Positions 46,465 to 56,940 of a stretch of 64,000 bases of DNA are shown piece by piece (the first letter of the stretch is position 1; each line of letters begins with the position of its first letter). The notes below the pieces were generated by a model that had not been told where the DNA came from, ran no database searches, and saw nothing but the letters and a program-made list of their open reading frames with translations. A program made the translations under genes and the position numbers. Origin of the DNA: Nanobdellota archaeon (GTDB lineage Archaea; Nanobdellota; Nanobdellia; Pacearchaeales; GW2011-AR1); contig JBBSXO010000001.1 of NCBI GenBank assembly GCA_038045705.1, positions 1 to 64,000 of the forward strand. Reading direction: 5' to 3'.

Positions 46465-47278
46465 AAAAATTATTCTTGCAGGCAGGGGAACGTTAGCAAC
46501 AAAAGTTCTAGATCACTTAATAGAATCTGGAATAAATGATTTGGTTGTTATTCCAGCAACATGTTTAACCAAAGATTCAACACAAAAAAATCTGAAACAA
46601 GAGGCTGAAAAAAGAGGTATAAAAGTTTATAATGGTAATGCAAGTGATTACCAAAAAGATGTAGATTTAGCTTTTTCAATAGGTTATAACTTAAGATTTA
46701 GGGAAGATTTTCTTAGAAAATGTTCAGGCATTAATCTACACCTATCTCCTCTCCCGAGGTATGGAGGGTTTAATCCATTTTATTGGGCAATTAGAAGTGG
46801 GGATACGGAGTATGGAGTCACATTACATGAAATGGGTTTGGAATTTGACGTAGGTAATATAATTTCTCAAAAAAGATTTTCTATACTCCCAAGTGACAAT
46901 GCAAGAGACCTTTTTGATAGGGCAGGAGATGAAGCATTAATTATGTTTAAAGAAATATTCCCTTCGATTTTAAGCGGAACATATGCGAGCATCCCTCAAG
47001 ATCTTACTAAAAAAACTTATTACCAAAAAGATGCAGTTGACTTCAAAGAAACAATTCCTCTTGAGGGTAGTACAAAAGAACTGCATAATCGAATAAGAGC
47101 CACAATATTTCCCCCTTTACCTAATCCTAAAATTTACCTTTTAGATAGAATTTATTCTGTGGAGTCATCACTACCTCATTATGGGGTAAAAATTGATGGT
47201 TCTAAGATAATTGAAGAAGATAGGGTTTTAGTTGCAACAACTGACAGCAGTGTAGAATTAAAGGTTAAAAAAGCTTAA
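46451..47278 (+). CDS. sugar N-formyltransferase
   Basis: INLHLSPLPRYGG.NP, GVTLHEM...DVG formyltransferase motifs; ATG at 46451. Confidence 0.88.
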   Translation: MATLKKIILAGRGTLATKVLDHLIESGINDLVVIPATCLTKDSTQKNLKQEAEKRGIKVYNGNASDYQKDVDLAFSIGYNLRFREDFLRKCSGINLHLSPLPRYGGFNPFYWAIRSGDTEYGVTLHEMGLEFDVGNIISQKRFSILPSDNARDLFDRAGDEALIMFKEIFPSILSGTYASIPQDLTKKTYYQKDAVDFKETIPLEGSTKELHNRIRATIFPPLPNPKIYLLDRIYSVESSLPHYGVKIDGSKIIEEDRVLVATTDSSVELKVKKA

Positions 47279-47697
47279 TCTGAGCCTATTTTTACTTTAT
47301 CATTACTTCTTCCATTATAAGGACCGTTTTTAAATTCATAGAATTTAGTATTTTCTTCAAGCAATTTAAAGCCGTGCCCTCCGTCAAAATACATATAGCA
47401 ATCCCCAGGGTAAAGAGTTGCCTTTTCTATTATCTTATCATCTAAATCATACATTGTTACTTCAACGCTACCGTTTATAATCACCCATGATTCTTGAGTC
47501 TTATTTATTGTTCTTTCCTGATCTAAATGTCTATGTGGACCACTAAACGTATGTCCTACTGGAAGACCTCCACAGAAAGCAATTTGTAAGAACTCTCCAG
47601 GATCAATAAGACATTTCCTGCCTTCTATTTTATTATCATTTCTCTGAATCAAGTGTAAAACCTTTTCAGGTTTTATTTTAGAGTATATTTCTTGCAT
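47275..47697 (-). CDS. cupin-fold protein (WbuC-like)
   Basis: HRH...QE...GGHGF...E.K.GPY. Confidence 0.75.
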   Translation of the reverse strand: MQEIYSKIKPEKVLHLIQRNDNKIEGRKCLIDPGEFLQIAFCGGLPVGHTFSGPHRHLDQERTINKTQESWVIINGSVEVTMYDLDDKIIEKATLYPGDCYMYFDGGHGFKLLEENTKFYEFKNGPYNGRSNDKVKIGSD

Positions 47698-47775
47698 GTT
47701 TTTAGATATAAACTTAGTTTATAAATATTACACAGCAAGCATTATCTTTTTAAATGAGGCATATTCAAGAAAAAT

Positions 47776-49404
47776 ATGCTCAATGAAAAAATCTTGTTTG
47801 CAGCATGGTCTTGTAATAATCCAAATTATTTTGCTTATCAAACTTGGAATTCTCCACTAAAAAAGCTGTTTAAGAAAGTTATATCATTTGATCCACAAGA
47901 GAACACTTACAAATTTGGCAAGGATAGAATGAATAAAGATTTCCTTAAAATAATTGCAAAAGAAAAACCAGAATATCTGTTTTTATGGTTAATTTATGAT
48001 GAATTCTATCCTAAAACTCTTTTCTCGATAAAGAAAATCTCGCCTAAAACAAAGGTAATCAACTTTTGCGGGGATGATGACGCACAGTTTTATGATTATT
48101 CTAGCCTTAATTCATTCTTTGTAGATTATTCCCTCATCACTCATAAAGAATTTATTAAAAATTACAAAAATAAGGCATTTTTTTCAGTAGGAACCAATAC
48201 GGATCAGTTTAAGCCACTAGGTCTAGAAAAGAAGTATGATGTAACTTTTATAGGCACTCCTAAGACAGACAGAGCAGAATTTGTTTCTTACCTAATGAAT
48301 AAAGGTGTAAAAATAAGGGTTTTTGGAGCAGGTTGGGGTCAATATCCAGAATTTAAGAAAATTTACGGTGGATTTCTTGACAAAGAAGACTATACTAAAG
48401 TAATAAATCAAAGTAGGATAAACTTATGCTTCAATAAAAATTATTTAGGTACAACTCACGTCATCCAAAAGTTCTTTGAAATTAACGCCTGTAAATCATT
48501 TATGCTTACAGAATACTGTAAGGGGTACTCTGATCTTTTTATTTCGGGAAAAGAATTAGTCATGTTTAAGGATTCAAAAGAGTTATATGAAAAAGTAATT
48601 TATTATCTTAAAAATGAGAATGAAATGGAGAAAATAGCAGAGAGCGCTTACGAAAAGATAATCGCTGATTATTCTTCCAAAGTTGAGTTAGATAACATAT
48701 TCACTCAAATCCGCAATTATGGGGATAAAATACCTAAGAAGAAATTACCTGAAATAAAAGAAAAAATCCATTACCTTTCCGTTACGGAGCTCAGTAAAAA
48801 TCAAAATGAATTGAAAAAGATTTTAAAAGATGTTGATTATATTTCATTTAAGACAGGCTCACAAAGTCTGCCCTACAGAAACTTATTTCAAATTACTGCA
48901 ATGAAAATGTTTAATAAAGAAATTAGCTGTTGCGACTCATATCTTTACTCGAGAGGCCTAGGAGATTACTTAGTTTTATACTCAAATTTAGCATTTAAAA
49001 CCCTAAAGCCAGATGAATTCGCTAAATCTATAAGTTTAGATCAATTAGTTGTCAAAAAGAAGTTTTTTATATTTAATTTTAAAAGTTTTTTAGAATTCTC
49101 AAAAGGAAAGCCTATAGATATAATAACACAAAAAAATACTGCATTTGTTACTAGACCGTTCGTCCGCTTAAATAGTAGTCCAGCAATAGATTATCAAACC
49201 GTAAAGAAGATTTTATGGCCAAAATATGAAGAAAACTTGCGTTCCTGGTTATATAGGAGAAATCCTGTTGCTCTTTGGTATATCTTATCCATTTTCTTTA
49301 GTAGATTCTCGAGAAATAAAATAATCTTTAATCATTTAAGTGAAACAATTTCGACAAGAATGAAAAAAAGCAGAATTATTTCTTCTTTGAAAAAGATTTT
49401 TTAG
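47776..49404 (+). CDS. glycosyltransferase (CgeB / Glyco_trans_1_2 type)
   Basis: YDVTFIG...R...G.GW...SRINL...FEINAC..FMLT. Confidence 0.8.
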   Translation: MLNEKILFAAWSCNNPNYFAYQTWNSPLKKLFKKVISFDPQENTYKFGKDRMNKDFLKIIAKEKPEYLFLWLIYDEFYPKTLFSIKKISPKTKVINFCGDDDAQFYDYSSLNSFFVDYSLITHKEFIKNYKNKAFFSVGTNTDQFKPLGLEKKYDVTFIGTPKTDRAEFVSYLMNKGVKIRVFGAGWGQYPEFKKIYGGFLDKEDYTKVINQSRINLCFNKNYLGTTHVIQKFFEINACKSFMLTEYCKGYSDLFISGKELVMFKDSKELYEKVIYYLKNENEMEKIAESAYEKIIADYSSKVELDNIFTQIRNYGDKIPKKKLPEIKEKIHYLSVTELSKNQNELKKILKDVDYISFKTGSQSLPYRNLFQITAMKMFNKEISCCDSYLYSRGLGDYLVLYSNLAFKTLKPDEFAKSISLDQLVVKKKFFIFNFKSFLEFSKGKPIDIITQKNTAFVTRPFVRLNSSPAIDYQTVKKILWPKYEENLRSWLYRRNPVALWYILSIFFSRFSRNKIIFNHLSETISTRMKKSRIISSLKKIF

Positions 49405-50200
49405 TTTTTATCAAGTAACTTTTATCCAAATAATTTGATTTAACCAGATTTGTTTTTTTCAAATCTTCAAATTCCATTTTCATATTTCGAAAGATTATAA
49501 CATAACCTATCAAATTAGGAGCAAATATTTTACCTTTGAACAGTTTTTTATGATTATAATTAGGAAATAGCAAGTTGTATTTGCCTTTTTCTAGGTTAGG
49601 ATTAGCTAAATCCAAAGAACACTCTTTATTTCCATATTTATCATAAACAAATCTTCTGTCTCCTTCAACTTTAAAGTCATCAATCGAAATAACGGCAGAA
49701 GGTATGTTTTTAGAGATTATTTTAAGTTCATCCTCTAGTGGCCAATCATCTAACCAGTGGGCATCTAAATAAAATAGTGGCCTTTCTCCAATTAGATTAT
49801 TTTTAAGAAGATGGTTTAGAAATTTTGGAGATGTTCCAAGGTAGTTATGTACATTCTTGAATTTTTTCAGGTTTTTCTGTGATTTTTTATAAAAATCTGA
49901 ATTTATTTCTGCAGTATATACTTGCAAGTTGGGAAAGTTCTCTGCAAATAAAGCAGTAGTGTATCCTAAAAATGTACCGGTTTCAACTATAGAAGTTATT
50001 TTGTAATCTTTTACTATTTTTTTTAAGGTTTCAAGGTGGATTGTATCTCCATGAAGCCTAAACCTAGAAAGTAGCCATGTGCCATAAGTACTACCTAGAA
50101 AATTTCTAACTCTTCGCAGAGTATTTATTTTTTTTAATAAATTGTAAGTTCTTCCCTTTCTAAATTTCCTATATACTCTAAGAAGATCATCTGAAATCAT
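49376..50200 (-). CDS. putative SAM-dependent methyltransferase
   Basis: IVETGTFLG, AE, FYLDAHW, IDD motifs; ATG at 50200. Confidence 0.7.
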   Translation of the reverse strand: MISDDLLRVYRKFRKGRTYNLLKKINTLRRVRNFLGSTYGTWLLSRFRLHGDTIHLETLKKIVKDYKITSIVETGTFLGYTTALFAENFPNLQVYTAEINSDFYKKSQKNLKKFKNVHNYLGTSPKFLNHLLKNNLIGERPLFYLDAHWLDDWPLEDELKIISKNIPSAVISIDDFKVEGDRRFVYDKYGNKECSLDLANPNLEKGKYNLLFPNYNHKKLFKGKIFAPNLIGYVIIFRNMKMEFEDLKKTNLVKSNYLDKSYLIKTKKSFSKKK

Positions 50201-50295
50201 AAAACCATTCAATAAAGTCTATTTTTAATCATTGTTATCGGCACAAATTATCTCAAATTCGCTAATTTTTTAAACACTCTAAATCTAAACTGATT

Positions 50296-51156
50296 ATGCC
50301 AATTTTAAAATCAAAGCCATTTAATGAAAAATATCCACTGGTTTCTTCAATAATTCCAGCATATAAGGAGGAAGAAAACATTGTAGCATGCATAGACGCT
50401 CTGCTTAAACAATCTTACTCAAATATGGAAATAATCGTTGTTGAGAACGGAGAATCAAATGATCGAACATATGAAATAGCCAAGTCTTATGAAAAGAAGA
50501 CTAAAGGAAAAGTTAAAGCCTTTACAATTCCAGGAAAACAAAGAGGACCAGGAAATGCTTTAATCTATGGTTTCAAAAAAACCAGAGGCAAGGTAATCTC
50601 TCTAGTAGGAGCAGATTTAGTATATGGAAAAGATTATATCTCAAAAGGAATTATTCCAATATTAAAAGGAGAAACTGTAGGAGTAAACCATAAAGAAGAA
50701 GTTTGTAAAAATCTTAATAATTTGTGGGCAAGAGCATTTTTCTATAAAAGATCTTTTATCCAGTCCAGTGGTTTAAGTAAGGTTTTCACAATTATTCGCA
50801 AAGATTATCTAAAAGATCATTTGTGGGACCCCTCGCTAGGATATGCAGATGATCAGACAATCTATAGAAAATATGGGATAGAATTTAAAGGACTAGACTT
50901 AGAAATCTATCAAAATAATCCTTCATCATTTAAAGAGATATGGGAACACGCTTCATGGGTAGGAAAATCTATGAAAATTAATCCTTTATTAGTTATATTA
51001 AGTTTTCCACTATTTCCATTATATGCTCTGTACAAAACAATTAGACATTTAGCCAAAGACGACTTTTACATTCCATTTATAATATTTCTTCCAATCTATT
51101 ATTCTGTTAGGTATATAGCTTATTTTAAAGAGTCGTTAAAGAAGCTCCTTACATGA
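50296..51156 (+). CDS. glycosyltransferase family 2
   Basis: SIIPAYKEE, EIIVVE, GADL, DD. Confidence 0.82.
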   Translation: MPILKSKPFNEKYPLVSSIIPAYKEEENIVACIDALLKQSYSNMEIIVVENGESNDRTYEIAKSYEKKTKGKVKAFTIPGKQRGPGNALIYGFKKTRGKVISLVGADLVYGKDYISKGIIPILKGETVGVNHKEEVCKNLNNLWARAFFYKRSFIQSSGLSKVFTIIRKDYLKDHLWDPSLGYADDQTIYRKYGIEFKGLDLEIYQNNPSSFKEIWEHASWVGKSMKINPLLVILSFPLFPLYALYKTIRHLAKDDFYIPFIIFLPIYYSVRYIAYFKESLKKLLT

Positions 51157-52226
51157 TTAATAACATAATTTGTTTCTTCATCAGTCATTCCAGGAAATAT
51201 TGGTAGTGAAATGATCGTATCTGCATAATTTTCAGATTTTGGAAAGTCTCCTTTTTTATATCCTAAATATTCAAATGCTTTTTGGAGGTGTATTGGAACA
51301 GGGTAATGCAGTCCAGAATCTATGTTTTTTTCTTTTAGATAATTCATTAAAGCATCTCTTTTATCTGTCCTTATTACAAATAAATGGTAAATATGATCTC
51401 TATCTTTGCTAATTTGAGGTAGCTCTACTAGACCATTGAGGGATAAAATATAATTTTCAGCAACTTTCTTTCTTTCTGCATTCCATCTATCTAAATGTTT
51501 TAATTTTATTATAAGTATGCTTGCCTGTATCGTATCCAGTCTTGAATTTAAGCCAGCTATATCATGATAATATTTTTTAGATTGCCCGTAATTTCTAATC
51601 ATTTTCATTTTTTGGGATAGGCTAGAATCGTTTGTCGTGATAAATCCCCCATCACCAAAAGCGCCAAGATTCTTTCCAGGATAAAAAGAAAAAGCAGCAG
51701 CATGACCAAGACTGCCAGCTCTTTTGTTTTTATATATTGAACCATGAGCTTGACAGGCATCTTCAATAACATATAAGTTGTATTTTTTTGCAATACTCAT
51801 TATTTCATCCATATCACATGCCTGCCCATATAAGTGAACAGGCATAATTGCTTTAGTTTTACTTGTTATTTTTTGTTCTATAAGAGAGGAGTCAATTGTA
51901 AAGTCTTCTTTTGCGTCTATGAGTATAGGTATTGCCCCAACAGAAACAATAGAAGCAGCGGTAGCGTTGAAAGTGTTTGCAACAGTTATTACTTCATCTC
52001 CTTTGCCAATGTTCATCGCGCGCATAATAATTTCTAGTGCCTGTAATCCATTAGCTACACTTATTCCGTGTTCAGCTTGGCAGTAATCTGCAAATTCTTT
52101 CTCAAATTTTTCAACAGCCACACCTAAAATAAAATCATTTTTTGTTAGATGCTCATCCAGTTTTTCAATAATCTCTTTATGAAGTGGTTGATGAATCCTA
52201 TTTAAGTCTAAAAATGGTACTTTCAT
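51120..52226 (-). CDS. DegT/DnrJ sugar aminotransferase (WbpE/FdtB-like)
   Basis: PVHLYGQ, IEDACQAHG, SFYPGKNLGAFGDGG, NSRLD. Confidence 0.93.
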   Translation of the reverse strand: MKVPFLDLNRIHQPLHKEIIEKLDEHLTKNDFILGVAVEKFEKEFADYCQAEHGISVANGLQALEIIMRAMNIGKGDEVITVANTFNATAASIVSVGAIPILIDAKEDFTIDSSLIEQKITSKTKAIMPVHLYGQACDMDEIMSIAKKYNLYVIEDACQAHGSIYKNKRAGSLGHAAAFSFYPGKNLGAFGDGGFITTNDSSLSQKMKMIRNYGQSKKYYHDIAGLNSRLDTIQASILIIKLKHLDRWNAERKKVAENYILSLNGLVELPQISKDRDHIYHLFVIRTDKRDALMNYLKEKNIDSGLHYPVPIHLQKAFEYLGYKKGDFPKSENYADTIISLPIFPGMTDEETNYVINHVRSFFNDSLK

Positions 52227-53230
52227 AACTTTACTTCTGCGCCCCCCAGGCTTTTAGATTTTTCCGCTGCTTCTAATATTTTTACAACTTCCATCCCTTC
52301 ATTTCCATCACTCATACATTTTTCCACACCATTAACACATTTAAGAAAATGATCAAATTGCGTAATAAGAGGTTGAGATAAATTTAGTTTGGGAATAAGA
52401 ATATCTCCTTCTCTAGTTCCAGCTTGAAATTCAGAGAAATTATTTGGATTAGGTAAGTATTCAATAGATCTATCATAAATTGTTAACTTTTCAGAAGGAT
52501 GAATATCATCAAAAACAATGGCTTTTTTTGTGCCTCCTATGACTAATTTCCTTTCTTTAATGGGATGGATCCAATTAGCATAGGCTGTGGCAATAACTTT
52601 TCCAGGAAATCTCATATTAACAGAAACAATATCATCAACTCCATTAAGATAACTTTCCCCAGTATAACTAACGCTTAAAGGTTTTGAACCAGTTAGATAC
52701 ATAAAAATGTAAACTTCATGAGATATCAAATCCCACAAAGCACTTGCATCTTGTCTAACCGGACCCAAGGCAACACGCCTTGCGTCAAGATATTTTATTT
52801 GACCTATCTCTCCAGAGTCTATTCTTCTCTTAACTTCTCTAAGAGCAGAGTTGTACTTGAATATATGTCCAACCATCAAAATTTTTCCTTTTTCTTTAGC
52901 CAATTTAATAAGCTTTTCAGAATCTTCTAATTTAAGGGTCAGAGGTTTTTCTATCAAAACATTTTTTCCAGCCATAAGAGCCTGTAAAGCAATATCAAAA
53001 TGAGATTTAGTAGGTGTAGCAATTATAACTGCTTCAACTTCAGGATCAGACAAAACTACAGAAATATCTTGAGTGAAAGTTACTTCTTTTTGAAGATTTT
53101 TACTTGGCTTTTTTATGTCATTGATATATTTAAGTTGAGCATTTCCAAAAGAACCCTCATGGCCGAATAAATTAAGATAATTTTTACCCCAATAGCCACA
53201 GCCAATAAGAGCAAGATTTAGTTTTTGCAT
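52223..53230 (-). CDS. Gfo/Idh/MocA oxidoreductase (WbpB-like)
   Basis: IGCGYWG, IEKP, MVGH, WDLISH. Confidence 0.9.
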   Translation of the reverse strand: MQKLNLALIGCGYWGKNYLNLFGHEGSFGNAQLKYINDIKKPSKNLQKEVTFTQDISVVLSDPEVEAVIIATPTKSHFDIALQALMAGKNVLIEKPLTLKLEDSEKLIKLAKEKGKILMVGHIFKYNSALREVKRRIDSGEIGQIKYLDARRVALGPVRQDASALWDLISHEVYIFMYLTGSKPLSVSYTGESYLNGVDDIVSVNMRFPGKVIATAYANWIHPIKERKLVIGGTKKAIVFDDIHPSEKLTIYDRSIEYLPNPNNFSEFQAGTREGDILIPKLNLSQPLITQFDHFLKCVNGVEKCMSDGNEGMEVVKILEAAEKSKSLGGAEVKL

Positions 53231-53276
53231 AAACTTCCTAAGAAATAGTATTTTTAAGAATATCTATAAAAGAGTT

Positions 53277-54308
53277 CTATGTTCTTCTATTGACTATTTT
53301 ATCTATATCTTCAATAGTGGGGTTGCAAGGGTTTGTTTTTGTACATATATCCATTCTGATTTTTTCATAATCTGCTGAATATACAGAAGATAAATCCAAT
53401 TCTAAACTATTTAGGAATTTCTCAAAAACCTCTATAAAATTAGATTCATTAACATTTTTGCAAGAATTTAGTTTAGAGTATACATTGCTATTCTTTTTGT
53501 TGAGTCTTAGGACGTCAAGCAAGTATAGGGATACAGCTCTGCCATGAGTTAAGCCATGTTTTGGCCCTATATTATGAGCAATTCCATGAATGAGCCCTAC
53601 TGAAGCTGTACTTTGAACAATTCCAGCTATAAACCCTGCAGCTTGTAATTTAGATAATGCTTCAATATCTTTAGACTGATATGCTACTTTTCCATTTTCT
53701 AAAATTGTGTCTATAGATTTTGTAGCTAATATATCATTTAAATTATTTGAGTTTCTTGAAGCAAGACCTTCAATAGAATGAGCTAACGCATCAACAATTG
53801 AAAAAGCAAGTACTTTATTATTAGCAGTTGCACAAAAAGCAGGATTAAATATTACTGTCTCAGGCAATAGTTGGTTGGAAGCAAACACTTTCTTATTTTT
53901 ATTTTCATCAAGAAGAACAGCATATTGGCTTGCTTCAGAACCACTTCCTATAGTGGTTGGGATAAGGATACATTCTAAATTTTCACCCATCTTTACAATT
54001 TTAGTTAAGTCCATTACAGATCCACCACCAATTCCAAGAATTATTTCTGATTTATTCTTTTTTAGTTGATTCTGTACATCTTCTTTATCTTTTAGAGTTG
54101 GTTCATTATTAAGCATAAAAAAACTCAACTCTGACCCAGTTAGAACTAATTTTATCTTTTCTTCATTTTTTTCGTAAAATGTCTTAGAAATAATTATGAA
54201 TATCTTTTTATTTAATGATTTTAAAAACCTCTCTCCAGATTTTGCATCCATAACCATATTTGGAAAGAAAGACTTAGGTAAGAGGCTTAGAATTTTAGAT
54301 TCAATCAT
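53277..54308 (-). CDS. iron-containing alcohol dehydrogenase
   Basis: GIGGGSVMD, PTTIGSGSE, DALAHSIE, HGIAH, HG. Confidence 0.9.
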   Translation of the reverse strand: MIESKILSLLPKSFFPNMVMDAKSGERFLKSLNKKIFIIISKTFYEKNEEKIKLVLTGSELSFFMLNNEPTLKDKEDVQNQLKKNKSEIILGIGGGSVMDLTKIVKMGENLECILIPTTIGSGSEASQYAVLLDENKNKKVFASNQLLPETVIFNPAFCATANNKVLAFSIVDALAHSIEGLASRNSNNLNDILATKSIDTILENGKVAYQSKDIEALSKLQAAGFIAGIVQSTASVGLIHGIAHNIGPKHGLTHGRAVSLYLLDVLRLNKKNSNVYSKLNSCKNVNESNFIEVFEKFLNSLELDLSSVYSADYEKIRMDICTKTNPCNPTIEDIDKIVNRRT

Positions 54309-55729
54309 TTTCTTAACATACTCCTTTTTATTTTACCAGAGTCTGTTTTAGGTAGATCTTTAACAATAATTATTTTTTTCGGCATTTTATATGACTCTAT
54401 CTTACCATTTAAAGACTTAATTATTTCTTCTATCGATTTATTAGGTGAAACTACATATAAGTGAACTACTTCTCCAAATAAATTATCCTTTGCTCCGACG
54501 GCAGCTACATCTTGAGCAATCCCTAGACTCTTTATTATTCCTTCAATTTCTTCAGGGTAAACCTTTTCTCCATTTACATTGATTATATCATCAACTCTTC
54601 CAGTAATATGTATATATCCTTTATCATCAAAATATCCGCTGTCTCCAGTATAAAGCCATCCATCTTTTATTTTTTTAGATGCTTCTTCATCATTCCAGTA
54701 CTGACTTATAACGTGTTTTCCATTTATACATATTTCTCCATTTCTCACTTCTATTTTTGTATTTGGACTTGCTTTTCCTACAGATCCAATTCCTTCTTTT
54801 TCTCTTCTAAAATTAATGAATGATGAGCGTGAAGCTTCTGTAAGACCATAATAGTAATATAAGTTGGTTTTATTGAGGTCGTCTAAAATAGAATTAACAA
54901 GTTCTTTAGATATAGGTCCGGTGTTTGTAATTATTCCTTTGAGTTTTATAGCTTTTTTTCTAAAATAATCTTTATGTTCATTTACAAGCATGTTTAAAGT
55001 TGCAGGGGTTGCAGCTAAAATTGTTGCATTGTTTTCAAGCATATTATCTAATACCCTCTTTAAATTAATGAAATTTCTTTCTAATATGAATTTTCCTCCA
55101 GCAAATATTGAAGAATGGAGGTTTCCTAACCCAAAAGAGTGAGATAAAGGCAATCCGCTTATGAATATATCGGAAGAATCATTTTTTATGAACTCTTTTA
55201 TATTTTCTGTAGCCCGTACAACGTTTTTGTGCTGTAAAAGAACACCTTTTGATTTTGAAGTAGTTCCAGATGTGTAAATAATACTGCATGCATCTTCTGA
55301 AAATACCTCTCTTGTCTTATTCTCTTCTGATATATAATTTTTTGCAGATTTTTTTAATAATATAGTATGTTTCTGCGCATTAATTCTTTTCATTTTTTCA
55401 TCTAGTTTATCTTCATATATTAGGAAAGATGGTTGACAGTCTTTTATTTCAAAGAGTAAGTTATCATCAGATATATTTGTAGGAAACAATACTGCAATGC
55501 ATCCAGCTTTCAGTATACCAAAGTAAGCTATGATAAATTCAATTGAGTTATCAAGTAATATTCCTATTCTTTCTCCTTTTTTACACTTGCTACAAAAATA
55601 ATTCCTTATTTTATCAGATTCATCATTCAGATGACTGTAGCTTATTTTTTCGAGCTCAAAAATTACAGCAGTCTTTTCAGGATTTTTTTTTGAAGAATTT
55701 TCTAAGAAAGAATTAATGGTTTTTTCCAT
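54305..55729 (-). CDS. adenylate-forming acyl-CoA/acyl-ACP ligase
   Basis: IYTSGTTSKSKG, YGLTE, TGD, GRVDD, PKTDSGKI. Confidence 0.92.
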   Translation of the reverse strand: MEKTINSFLENSSKKNPEKTAVIFELEKISYSHLNDESDKIRNYFCSKCKKGERIGILLDNSIEFIIAYFGILKAGCIAVLFPTNISDDNLLFEIKDCQPSFLIYEDKLDEKMKRINAQKHTILLKKSAKNYISEENKTREVFSEDACSIIYTSGTTSKSKGVLLQHKNVVRATENIKEFIKNDSSDIFISGLPLSHSFGLGNLHSSIFAGGKFILERNFINLKRVLDNMLENNATILAATPATLNMLVNEHKDYFRKKAIKLKGIITNTGPISKELVNSILDDLNKTNLYYYYGLTEASRSSFINFRREKEGIGSVGKASPNTKIEVRNGEICINGKHVISQYWNDEEASKKIKDGWLYTGDSGYFDDKGYIHITGRVDDIINVNGEKVYPEEIEGIIKSLGIAQDVAAVGAKDNLFGEVVHLYVVSPNKSIEEIIKSLNGKIESYKMPKKIIIVKDLPKTDSGKIKRSMLRK

Positions 55730-55937
55730 TTTTAGAAGAAATTATTCTTAAGATGTCTTGTGCAGATTCTATTGAAACAACCTCATCAACAGTCAAAGCT
55801 ACGCCAAATCTACTTTCTACTTCAGAAACTAACTCCATATGAGCAAAAGAATCCCATCTTTCATATTCTTGTTGCTTCTTTATCGAGTCATAGCTACCAA
55901 GAACTTTGATAAATATTCCTTTTAGTTTTTCTTCCAT
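55713..55937 (-). CDS. acyl carrier protein
   Basis: 74 aa acidic; WDSFAHMELVSEVESRFGV phosphopantetheine serine motif. Confidence 0.88.
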   Translation of the reverse strand: MEEKLKGIFIKVLGSYDSIKKQQEYERWDSFAHMELVSEVESRFGVALTVDEVVSIESAQDILRIISSKNGKNH

Positions 55938-56281
55938 TTTTCCTCCAAAATCGCAAAAGCAACAGCCATTGTTTTTGCATGGGTAATACTTAAGTGAACC
56001 CTATACTTCTTATTTAAATCTTTTTCTACGAATAAAATCGATGGTATTGTTCCATCTTTTATTACTTCTATTTCATTAAACATTAAATTAATTCCTGTAT
56101 TTGCTAGTGCTTTTTTTACTGCTTCTTTTGCACAGAACCTTGCCGCAAATCTTTCTTTAGGATTTGAAGATTCAAGGCAATATTCTATTTCTTTTTGAGT
56201 AAATAGTTTTTTAGCAAGGTCTTTTTTTAAGTGAGAAAATCTATTTACATTTTCACAGTCAACACCAATTCCAACAATCAT
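55922..56281 (-). CDS. acpS: holo-[acyl-carrier-protein] synthase
   Basis: GIGVD, FT..E, AARFCAKEAVKKAL, LSITH. Confidence 0.92.
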   Translation of the reverse strand: MIVGIGVDCENVNRFSHLKKDLAKKLFTQKEIEYCLESSNPKERFAARFCAKEAVKKALANTGINLMFNEIEVIKDGTIPSILFVEKDLNKKYRVHLSITHAKTMAVAFAILEEKWKKN

Positions 56282-56940
56282 TTTAATTCACTCTCCTTTA
56301 GGTTTCTTACTTTTCTTAACGGGTTTCCTACATAAATCCCCTGAGAGGTTACCGGTTTAGAAATAACAGAACCTGCTCCAATTATTATATTATCTCCAAT
56401 TGTTATTCCGGGTAGGATTGATGAATTTTCTCCTATTGCAGAATTACTTCCAATAGTTATTTTATCCAGTATGTTTGCAGGCAGTCTAAGCATGTACTTA
56501 TCTAAAGCCATAGAAACATGAGGTCCAATAAAAGTGTTTTCTCCTATAGTAGTCTTTTCTCCTATAAGAGCTCCTGCTTGAATGCGTACGCCTTTACTAA
56601 GAATGACATCAAATTCAACAATAGCATTTTTTCCAACTCTTACTTTCTCTCCTAAAACACATCCTTCTCTTACAATAGCTGCATCAGAAACAATGACTTC
56701 TTTTCCTATTGTAGTACCTGCATAAATTATAGCATTTGTACCTATCAAAGATCCTTCCCCTATAGTTACTGGTCCTCTTTCCTGAAGTTTCAATGTGGAG
56801 CTTGCAAGAGTTTTAGGTTGTTTACCTATTACCGCACCATCTTGTATAATAACATTATCTTCAATAATTGTACCTGGGTAAATTACAACGTTTTGTCCTA
56901 TTGAAATATTTTTTCCTTTCATTTCCATGTTACAATCCAC
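56278..56940 (-). CDS. hexapeptide-repeat N-acyltransferase (WbpD-like)
   Basis: Many [IV]G.. hexapeptide repeats; C-terminal IGAGSVI...VGNP. Confidence 0.88.
   Translation of the reverse strand: MDCNMEMKGKNISIGQNVVIYPGTIIEDNVIIQDGAVIGKQPKTLASSTLKLQERGPVTIGEGSLIGTNAIIYAGTTIGKEVIVSDAAIVREGCVLGEKVRVGKNAIVEFDVILSKGVRIQAGALIGEKTTIGENTFIGPHVSMALDKYMLRLPANILDKITIGSNSAIGENSSILPGITIGDNIIIGAGSVISKPVTSQGIYVGNPLRKVRNLKESELK

Noticed and set aside
54305-56281. NRPS/PKS or fatty-acid synthase cluster
   Set aside because: No ketosynthase, condensation or thioesterase domains; only a ligase, ACP and AcpS
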